From NCBI GenBank assembly GCA_000091205.1, contig AP006485.2: a stretch of 64,000 nucleotides of DNA; one strand, 5' to 3'. Below, in pieces: positions 55,686-64,000 of this stretch (within the stretch, counting starts at the first letter, position 1; each line of letters starts with the position of its first letter). A model generated the notes under the pieces. The model made no database searches. It had not been told where the DNA came from and worked only from the letters and a program-made list of their open reading frames with translations. The translations under genes and the position numbers were made by a program. This DNA is from Cyanidioschyzon merolae (Eukaryota).

Positions 55686-58295
55686 ATGCCGTGCGACGCA
55701 CAAGCGGGCCAGCGGCTTGTTCGGGCCCTGTCGCGAGCAGAGACTTGGGATACTCGGCGGGCTCTGCTGCAGACGCTGGTCTCTGAGCTTCGAGATACCG
55801 AGAGTGTCACTTTTTTCCTACAGGAAACGAAACTTCGCTCGGTGCTCGGCCAGCTAATCGAAAGGGCCTTGCGGGCAGCGCAGCCACACATCGTCGACCT
55901 ACTGGACCTGACGATGCAGGTGATTAAGTGCCTTGTCAAGTCGATGCAGAGAGAGGATGTGGTCGATTTTCTGGAGGAAAGCAAGTCTCTCGTTCACGGC
56001 CTTAAAGCGCTTCGAAAATTAGGACGCAGCAAAGGCGTTTCTGCGGAGAATTTCGTCGCTGACGCATCCGAAAAAGCCTGGGGCGAGCGACTTGCGACCT
56101 TGCGTGAGCAGGCTGCGAATATAATCGCTGAAATGGAACAGGTAGCTGGCCGAGAAAAACCCTCGACGCCATCAGCGCCCGAAGAAACACCAGAGGCAGG
56201 TGAGAGTCGTTCGCTACCGGTAGCCGTGCATGCACCAGTCCAAACAACCGATTCCAGTCACCCTGGTACCACTGAAGCATCTATTCACGCGAATGCAGAT
56301 GCGAGTAACGCTTCTGCAAAGGCCGCTGCATCCCAGGATGATACATCAGAGCCAGCACAGTCGACTGTTGGGGAACACGAAACGCCTCTGGCGGTCGGGG
56401 CGCTTTCGAGTTTCGCCTCGGCAGACGCGTCGATGAAAACGGGACGTAAGCGACCGCGTCCACGACCAGAACGTGACACAGCTTTGCCGGCTTTTACAAG
56501 CTCCTCTGATGAAGCTTCCCAAAGTGTTTCTGCTCGAGCTACGGAATCTGTAGGTACGCAGCCGACCGTCGACGTTAGTGACGCAGATGCGTCGCTCTTG
56601 CCACAACAAGCTTCAGCACACGTAACAGCAGCTCGAGCGGAGCGAATGCATCACTCCGATGCCCTCGAGACAACGTCACCACCTGGAGCAACAATACCCG
56701 AGCGATGTGCGAACGAAGCAACGCATCATGTACCTACACCTACCGTGCGCGATGCAGGTCACACCGGCGATATCGCCGAAAAGGAAGCATCATCAGCCGA
56801 ATCAACATCATTCGTAGCACCAGAAGAGGCAGCAGCAACTTGTGCGATAACCAATCGATCTGCGAAGCGAGCGAAAATGGAGGCTCCGCGTCCAGCCCTT
56901 CGGATCCGAACATCCGCTGACGCATCATCGACGAAACTTGCTCGAAAACCTGCATCAAAGCGTGTTCATTTCGCCCCAGAGCCTGTGCTTGTGCAAGTCT
57001 ATGCCTTTGAATATATTCCCGACGAGCGCACGCATGCCCCTGTGAACCTCGCTGGCATCGTGTCTGATACCGATGAACCGGCATTGGACGGGGAATCAGG
57101 TGCGACGAGTGCGACCAAAGAGCGATCGACGCACGCTCCAGGCAATGGATTCTCAGAGGTCGTAGAGGAGGGTCGTCTCATGCAAAAGAAACGCCAACAT
57201 CGCCAGAAAGTTCTTGCTGAAATGCGGGAGGATGCGACATTCTACCCGCCGCCACATGTCGAGAGTTCCTGTCCGCTGGGAGCAGCTGGCGAATGCGAGC
57301 AGCTGTCCGACGTTCTCGCCAACGGCTCTACTGTTGGATGCGTTCCACGCAACGCGGACAGTCATCAAAGCGGTACCATTGGAGTCGTTTCGCCTGGGTC
57401 GCTATCGTCCGGTGTGCCCGACGAACCGATGCCGCCGTCGCCACCTCGTGAGCGCTCGCTCGACAGGCAGACACCACCACCGAGCCTGCGGGTGATTCCA
57501 GAGTATCGCGTGGAGCATCCAGCTCCAACCTCGTTTTCCTACACACCGGCAGGGGCGCTTGCACCGGCGGGAACACCAGAAGCGACCGTATCTGCACCAG
57601 CGGCTGCCACGACTGCAAACCTATTGACATCGTTCCACGGGACACGAGGCCCAAGTACGCTGGATCCAACGCGATTGCAAACGAAGCCCTCGGATCGGAT
57701 ACAGCCGCCTCACCTGGAGACCAGCCTCTGGTCAGCGATTCCACCGAATACGAGCGGCACGCCTGTTTCGGCTACATCGCAAGGCCAGCATACCGACCTA
57801 TTGCAGCGCAATCAGATAGATGAGGCTATCTTGCAGCATTTCCTGCTCGTGAAAGACGAAGAGACCCGTTTACAATTACTTTGTGATGAAAATGTCCTGC
57901 GAGTAGTCCAAAAGTACGCGGAAGAGAAACAGCGAGAGGCGGCTTTGCAGCACGCACATGGCTACCGCCATGCGAACGCAGCACCCGGTAACCAGTGGAG
58001 CGGTTATCCAGCACCGGCACCGGCACCAGCACCAGCACCACTAGCGGCAGCGTTTCCTGCACTGACTCCTCAACAGGCTCCGTTCCCGGTGTTGAATGGC
58101 ATGCCATCGGACCCGATCGGCTATCACGGATTCGTTTCGCCAGCGCTGCGAAGAGAGACCGCCAGCTCCGCTGCGTACGCTCAAGCGACTGGGGTGAACA
58201 ACGACTCCGCACCTATTTGCAAGTACCACTTGCGCGGTTATTGCAGACGCGGTAAGTGGTGTCGCTTCCGGCATATATCGCCGGACAAGCCATAG
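55686..58295 (+). CDS. PNUTS (PPP1R10)-like protein: N-terminal TFIIS-N-like helical domain, RVxF PP1-docking motif, C-terminal CCCH zinc finger
   Basis: Track start 55440 is TTG; first ATG is 55686. KRVHFAPEPVLVQVYAFEYIPDERTH parallels PNUTS [23 protein letters not shown]. The C-terminus has CKYHLRGYCRRGKWCRFRH (C-x8-C-x5-C-x3-H). The N-terminal helical block (ALLQTLVSELRDTESVTFFLQETKLRSVLGQLIERAL...VDLLDLTMQVIKCLVKS) is TFIIS-N-like. The middle is disordered. Confidence 0.45.
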   Translation: MPCDAQAGQRLVRALSRAETWDTRRALLQTLVSELRDTESVTFFLQETKLRSVLGQLIERALRAAQPHIVDLLDLTMQVIKCLVKSMQREDVVDFLEESKSLVHGLKALRKLGRSKGVSAENFVADASEKAWGERLATLREQAANIIAEMEQVAGREKPSTPSAPEETPEAGESRSLPVAVHAPVQTTDSSHPGTTEASIHANADASNASAKAAASQDDTSEPAQSTVGEHETPLAVGALSSFASADASMKTGRKRPRPRPERDTALPAFTSSSDEASQSVSARATESVGTQPTVDVSDADASLLPQQASAHVTAARAERMHHSDALETTSPPGATIPERCANEATHHVPTPTVRDAGHTGDIAEKEASSAESTSFVAPEEAAATCAITNRSAKRAKMEAPRPALRIRTSADASSTKLARKPASKRVHFAPEPVLVQVYAFEYIPDERTHAPVNLAGIVSDTDEPALDGESGATSATKERSTHAPGNGFSEVVEEGRLMQKKRQHRQKVLAEMREDATFYPPPHVESSCPLGAAGECEQLSDVLANGSTVGCVPRNADSHQSGTIGVVSPGSLSSGVPDEPMPPSPPRERSLDRQTPPPSLRVIPEYRVEHPAPTSFSYTPAGALAPAGTPEATVSAPAAATTANLLTSFHGTRGPSTLDPTRLQTKPSDRIQPPHLETSLWSAIPPNTSGTPVSATSQGQHTDLLQRNQIDEAILQHFLLVKDEETRLQLLCDENVLRVVQKYAEEKQREAALQHAHGYRHANAAPGNQWSGYPAPAPAPAPAPLAAAFPALTPQQAPFPVLNGMPSDPIGYHGFVSPALRRETASSAAYAQATGVNNDSAPICKYHLRGYCRRGKWCRFRHISPDKP

Positions 58296-58407
58296 GCGAG
58301 CAAGGCATGAGCTTCCCCACAGACGCGGCGATTTCGAACCATGGAATATCTTTATCGTTCAACGCCTGCCCGCGAGCACCGTTCCCAGTATGTATATTTG
58401 GCGGTCC

Positions 58408-59612
58408 AGTGTTTCTGAAATGCGGACTCCTACCATATCCATGACCTACTCTTAAGGGGAGTATCCAATCAATCGACGCTACCCCGGCGGATGAATGTTT
58501 TCACGACAGGAGTTTTCACGGGTTTCAGCATGATTCGCAGACTAAGCACGAAATCATATGTTAGGAGTTTCGCTCTGTACAAAACTGCTGGTCGCTCCGC
58601 ACGCACGAAACATCTCCAGATATTCATAGAGACTCCGATATTTCGGTGCAGAACGTGCTCGCACCTGTGGCTGCCAGTGGCATCATTCCAAAGCGTGCCT
58701 GTCATTGTCGATTGCCCCGTTATCTGAGGTTCAGTCAGCATCCGCTGTACCATGATGTGCTTCGGTCTCTGCTTCTCGCGCGTCTGCTTCGCTGTCCGCT
58801 TCACCGGGCACCCTGACTCGTGAAGCGCGTACGTCGACCCAGACGCATCGCTGGGAATCGTGCCGCATCCATGTGCATCCACAGTTGTACGCTCTCGTGG
58901 ATGGAGCAGGAGTGCAGCCTTGGCATGCTATAGCGCATCGATTGCTCTGTGGTATCACGAAACGACACGATACGAACGATCGAAGGTTTCCTTTCCCGTC
59001 GCATGAAAAGTGTTGGTGAATGCACGCTTGTCGCCTGGGTAGAACTGGAACCGGTGGCGACCCAGCGCTGTCTCATTGACTCTTGCCGGAGATCGTCCGT
59101 ATGCGCCATTTTGGACGTCTCGGGATGCTCTAGGTGAAGCATCCGAAGCACTGGTGTCGGCGCGAGACTGTACGCAGAGCGTCGAGCTGCAGGATGGGTG
59201 GCTAGGGGCTATGGCGCCTCTGCTGCATCTCCTGGTATGCCGCATGGCGTTTATGACGCTCGACTCTCGATGACGGTGCGCTCTGGGAAACTCGAGCCGC
59301 TTCATCTGCTTTCACCCAGGATGCAAGGCTCTGTCCTTTTGATCAATACCTATGGCGACGGGCACGACACGCCCACACAAGTAGGCATCCAAAGTCCTTC
59401 TCCAGTACTACCTCGAAGGGTGGAACGTGATTCTCGAGTTTCGATGTAGGCATAGGTTTCAAAAAGGGCATGCACAGGGATATGAGGTCGCTTTCGATTT
59501 TCGATGTAAGCATCTTTCCATTTCCTCCATGTACTCGATAAATCTTACACAAACTCCGCCGACGCTCTTCTGCCGAGTTGCTCGAATGCTTCGTAGTTGA
59601 TCGCAGAGACCA
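58408..59612 (+). repeat. dispersed repeat family B, copy B
   Basis: See 13818..15021. Begins 113 bp after the PNUTS-like stop codon. Confidence 0.85.
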
Positions 59613-62332
59613 ACCGGCGCTCTCTGTGGAAGCCATGCACGACATACTTCTCTTTCATGATGAAATGGGCTTTGCTGTTACGCATGGGGATCACGTCGAA
59701 TAGAAGCTTGCAGAGGCGAGCACGATTGGATTCGGAGGAAGGGTCTTTTGCAGACTGCCCTGTTCAGTACATTCTTGTGGCGCAAGATTTAAGTCTTGGT
59801 TGCATCACGTCTCAACCATCATACAGGCATGACGTCGATCGGTCCGAGTCAGAGAGCAGCACGATGAGCCTGGACGATCTAAGGTTGCATTCGCGCTCTT
59901 GCTGCTGCATCTCTTCCGAACTGGCTGGCAACTCGAGCTCGGTCGCTGCCAGCTCGTCGGTTGTCTTCATGGATATCAATTAGGAACCCGTTGGATCTGT
60001 TCCCAGTTTTCTGGACCAGTGAGGTTAGGGCACCAGGTTCCAGTTCGCGATTCATGAAGCAGTCGAGACTGATCTGCACGAGATGTTTAAGACTTATTTG
60101 GTACTTATCGGGTGCCGCGCTCCCGCGTACATTCGAATCAACGAAACGGAGCACCGATGCACCAAGATACCACCGGGAACCTGCACCCATATGTCTGATC
60201 CGAGAACCAGGCCGTGCTGCATCTTCTGTCCCGAATATCCGTTTTCTCTGGGTGCGAATATTTGATCGAAACATTCCCGAGGGATATGAATAGCTGGCAG
60301 CCCTGCGTCCCGAATGCTTACGACCATTTTTGCCCGACGAGAAGCGTGCAGCCGGCAGCAGCTCAACGAGACATCCACAAGTACGATTCCATGCGATCGT
60401 TCATGGCGCTCGACATCCTCGGTTATCATCGAAGCGAGCGGCTCGTCAATTGATCAGTACGCATCAAAATAGCGTTTGACACCAAAGGAGACGCCGCCGG
60501 CAATTATGACCTAGGAAGCACATGGTGGTACGGGTCGCAGCTCAACACCAATATCCGTTGTGTCATCTTGGAACGTTTTAGAGGAGTCCGAAAAGACGTT
60601 GTGCAAGAGCCGGAGAAGAGAATCTGGTGATTTCACGTATCGAAGTGTCCTTCGACATAGGATACGACGTTGAATGATCCTGTCGATCCAGCAGTTGCAG
60701 GTGAATGCTTCATGGTGTCGCCGCCAGCGCAAATGTTGTCGACATGCCCGCTGCCCTCTTGTCTACGAACTGCAGTCTGGCCCTTCTTTGATGATCCATG
60801 TACAAGTCTAGCATTTGTCCCAAATGAAATCACATCGAATGAGACGGTGATTCATCCGTCCCGTTCAAAGCGCTCGCGTATCAGTCCTCGGTCGATGGTG
60901 CACTGTTCATGATGCAGCGGTTTCGAGTAGTGGCGTGCCCTCTTCTTCTTTGCCTCGTATCTCTTCATCACCTTTCGTATCAACAGTACGTGAACTTGAT
61001 ATTCTGTGCCTTTATTGGCAGTGTTTCGTCGCGATCATGTAGAAACCGGATACTCCGTGATTGTGACAATCGTCTAGCTATATTCTCAAGAGTTCTCTCG
61101 GGGATACACGACATTCGGAATACGGACAACGGTATATACGGTTCGTCCAGGTGCTCGGCGTCGAGCAATGGACTTGTACATCCAAGACGATTTCTAGCAA
61201 GCTAATTGTGATAGTAGAAGACTGCTCGCGACTTTTCACCAATTTACAGGGTATATTCCCCTTTATTGGATACCTACGAGAGGAACAAATAGTTACACGT
61301 TTCGCGTACTGGTACAGAAATTCCAGAACTCAATGCTCCGCGTACCATACGATCCCGAGCAGAGCCCGACAGGTATCAAGAAGCTCAGACTCGACGTACT
61401 TCAAAGCGTGCGCCTTTCAAGAGGCTGCTGAGCATGACATCGAGGCGTCTGAGCACCACAATGCGCGCTGGTCGCCAAGCAAAAGCGCTGCGCTTCAGCG
61501 ACGCAGCACCTATGTTGCGTCGTTGCAAGCCAGCTACCCGCTGAGGCATTGCTTCGACATGCAAAGATTTCGATCGATCTGTACAACTGAGAAAACACGC
61601 AATCCATCGACGCGTGTCTTTTGGATGTGCTCGAAAACGTGCTCGTTCTTTTGCGAGTCGCAAATGAGTGCATCGATGCTCCAGCGCAGATTAGCACCCA
61701 TAACCGATAGTCATCCACTTGATCTAGTCGGATCGCGTGCACCTAACGGATACGCCATTTGAAGCATGCGCTGTGCGCGCTCTTCCATGCCGGCAGTTGC
61801 TGCGCGCTTTTATAGTAGGGCGGCTCGCGTGCACGGACACGGGGGCACTTGCGCGACACTCGGTACGCCTGGAAGCAACCCCTCTAGTGTCAACGTATAT
61901 CCCTGTGCGGAGTGTGCTTTCGTCGTGGCGCTTCTGGCGGGGCAAGCGCAGCGAATTCACGAGCTCGGGTCGTGTACAGGCGCCGCCTCGCGCACTTCAA
62001 ACGAAGCTTCGTGTTTGAACTTGTATGCATGTGCTGTCTCGGCGACGGAGACGATACTGCAACGCAGCAATCTGGCTTCACGAGGAGTTTCTTCGTGGCA
62101 TCCAGCGGAGTACTGAGTGGGCTTTGCGCTTCACTCGATGCACAGGGCATCAGTTCGCGTGCACACGCCCCTCAGCCTTCACATTCGAGCGTGCGTTTCA
62201 TCAACGACACGCGTTCAAGAAGTACCAATGCCCGTGTGCTGTGTAGATTTTCGCAAGGTTCAAACACGGAAATTCCGTGACGATTTCGACACTATTGTCC
62301 ACATGGCAAGCATACTGGCACTCTGCATGCTT

Positions 62333-64000
62333 CTAAAGAATTGAATCTTGATCATTTTGCAGCTGTAGCTGCCGTTGCTGCTTCAGGCGACGAGCTTCCT
62401 GTCGAGCCTGGCGACGTAGTTGTTCAGATCGCATTCCCGGGCGCCGGCTCTTTCTCGAAACGCTGGTTCCCGAGGAAAGCGCCAGCTCATTACTGTTTGC
62501 CACCAGCGGGCTAGCATCCCTGCTAGTCGACTGCGCGCTCCCCATAAACGCTAACCCAAACAAATCCCGGAGGAACGGGTTGCCCTCAAGCTGGACAGTC
62601 AGTGCTCGCCCACATGCTCGACGCAGAGCATCTAACTGCCGTCGTTGCGCCCAAGTCCTGGCTTGCAGACGTTCCTGCGCTCGTCCGCGGCGAAGCGAAA
62701 GCGTCTCTATTCCAGAACGTTGCGTTGCAGCGCGTTCAACCAGACGCAGCAGTGAGCGGTTGCGCTTCCCAAGCCGATAGCGCTGGGCACCAACCGTGAA
62801 TGCGACGCGTTCCAGAGCCCTGTCAAGCTTGTCGATACCCGCGGAAGTTATCGTCGACGACGACGACGAAGAAGAAGAAGAAGAAGAAGAAGATGATGAT
62901 GATGACGAAGAACAAGGTGGTGAATCCCGGCATTCCGAAGATGCTGACGATTCGCCCGCCTGGAAAGAGCCCTCGGCTGCATCGACATGGAGACGCGCTT
63001 CTCGATCTGCCTCAGCGAATGCAGCCACAGCATCAACATCATCGTCTGTGTGATCGTTGTCCATATGATGAGCAGGTATATTGGATCCAAATACCCCGGA
63101 ATCGGTTCCTTGAGAGTGCTCCAACAACAACGCTATGGCTTCTGTTGCCGCTAAACAGGTCTCCTTCGGTGTGGATGTGCTTTTCCAGTCACCTTGGACG
63201 GCGTGCAACTCGAGCCACTGGCGTAACGGACGCGCTTTTAACTGGGTCCGTATCACCTCCGATGGACAGGCACTCGCTAACAGTGACCATCCCCGAATAG
63301 CGGCCGCTACAACCTGGTCGAACGCGCTCGACTCGCCAAGACGCTGTTTCGTTTCACCAGTTGACAGGTCGCTCGGCGACGTATCCTGCCCGAACCAGCT
63401 TTCTAAACGCTGCATCAGCGCTACCAATGCAACTGAATCAGATGAAGCCAAAAAACGCAACAGACTCACCGTCTCTATGACACAGACTTGCCACTGAACC
63501 CACTCGGGGTCCGGTCGAGGCGCACTGCGTTCACTCGCTTCGAGCAAGACCTGCTCGAAACGTGTTCGCTGCAGGAGCGCCTCAACTGTTTCAGTGTCAG
63601 TGGTGCTTGCCACAAGCGTCAATACGCTTGTACCAATGAGTCGACAGACTTCGCGTTTCTCCCAGAGCGACCCTCGTCGCAGCGGGCCTCGCAAGGCCTG
63701 CTCCACGAGCTGCTCACAGCGTGTCTCCGACCAGAGGTCGGTACGGAGTCCCAGGTCCGTCAGCTGCCGTGCCCTATGGAGCGCTGCTTCTCGTAGCCAG
63801 CGCCGTTTGTCCGTTAGACTGTCAATGCACTCGTCTAGGGCTTCAGACTCGCTCGTCAGCACGCAGCCTCGGTCGAGGATGCTTACCAGCATGTTTTCAG
63901 AGGTGCCAGTGCCCCTGAGAGACGACGCCGAGGCGTTGCTCGAATAGGAGGCGTTCCAGGAGTCACTTGAGCAGTCCAGTGGTGTTTCCTCGCCATTCGT
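62333..64000 (-). CDS. IFRD (interferon-related developmental regulator/Tis7)-like protein with an 18-Ser tract; 5' end runs off window
   Basis: ALDECIDSLTDKRRWLREAALHRARQLTD parallels the IFRD N-terminal block IDLLTDKRAKTREGALQAL. There are ARM-like helical repeats. The C-terminal LEGNPFLRDLFGLAFMG is IFRD_C-like. The reading frame is open from the track ATG (63892) upstream to the window end (...LDCSSDSWNASYSSNASASSLRGTGTSENM...), so the true start may lie outside the window. Confidence 0.5.
   Translation of the reverse strand, partial: TNGEETPLDCSSDSWNASYSSNASASSLRGTGTSENMLVSILDRGCVLTSESEALDECIDSLTDKRRWLREAALHRARQLTDLGLRTDLWSETRCEQLVEQALRGPLRRGSLWEKREVCRLIGTSVLTLVASTTDTETVEALLQRTRFEQVLLEASERSAPRPDPEWVQWQVCVIETVSLLRFLASSDSVALVALMQRLESWFGQDTSPSDLSTGETKQRLGESSAFDQVVAAAIRGWSLLASACPSEVIRTQLKARPLRQWLELHAVQGDWKSTSTPKETCLAATEAIALLLEHSQGTDSGVFGSNIPAHHMDNDHTDDDVDAVAAFAEADREARLHVDAAEGSFQAGESSASSECRDSPPCSSSSSSSSSSSSSSSSSSSTITSAGIDKLDRALERVAFTVGAQRYRLGKRNRSLLRLVERAATQRSGIETLSLRRGRAQERLQARTWAQRRQLDALRRACGRALTVQLEGNPFLRDLFGLAFMGSAQSTSRDASPLVANSNELALSSGTSVSRKSRRPGMRSEQLRRQARQEARRLKQQRQLQLQNDQDSIL
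62855..62915. repeat. (GAA)n(GAT)n purine tract encoding poly-Ser on the minus strand
   Basis: gacgacgacgaagaagaagaagaagaagaagaagatgatgatgatgacgaagaa. Confidence 0.9.

Overview
This window is GC-rich (~55-60% by eye), intron-poor eukaryotic nuclear DNA with genes on both strands. It shows no prokaryotic operon structure, rRNA or CRISPR. About 20 protein genes are recognisable by motif: an eRF3-like GTPase (at the 5' window edge), aspartate aminotransferase, phosphoglycerate dehydrogenase, a peroxidase-fold protein lacking the catalytic histidines, V-ATPase subunit C, a uL10m-like protein, a 2319-aa Sec16-like scaffold with polyQ/polyD tracts, a secreted multi-trefoil polyQ protein, kinesin-5, WDR5, a mitochondrial oxoglutarate carrier, an organellar RF2, two type-II membrane enzymes, a GNL3/nucleostemin-like GTPase, a PNUTS-like PP1 regulator, and an IFRD-like protein (at the 3' window edge). 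The supplied ORF track prints 'M' for GTG/TTG/CTG starts, so many listed starts are not ATG; I re-derived ATG starts where I could. It also omits the two ORFs that run off the window edges. The window also holds an elongator tRNA-Met(CAU) gene with a canonical-position intron plus a ~30-nt D-loop insertion. It holds two dispersed repeat families (three copies and two copies), a 76-bp x 8 tandem array upstream of the Sec16-like gene, a decayed Tc1/mariner transposase remnant, and an AT-rich island carrying a RuvC-type motif. The most unusual items are the tRNA; the RF2 gene, whose conserved body has no in-frame ATG but a +1-frame, UGA-terminated upstream ORF; a homopolymer frameshift in the GNL3-like gene; the Tat-motif peroxidase-fold protein; and the AT-rich island. 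A peroxidase-fold protein carrying a twin-arginine motif, plus N-terminal extensions on PHGDH and AAT, suggest (as inference only) a primary-plastid alga with very few introns.
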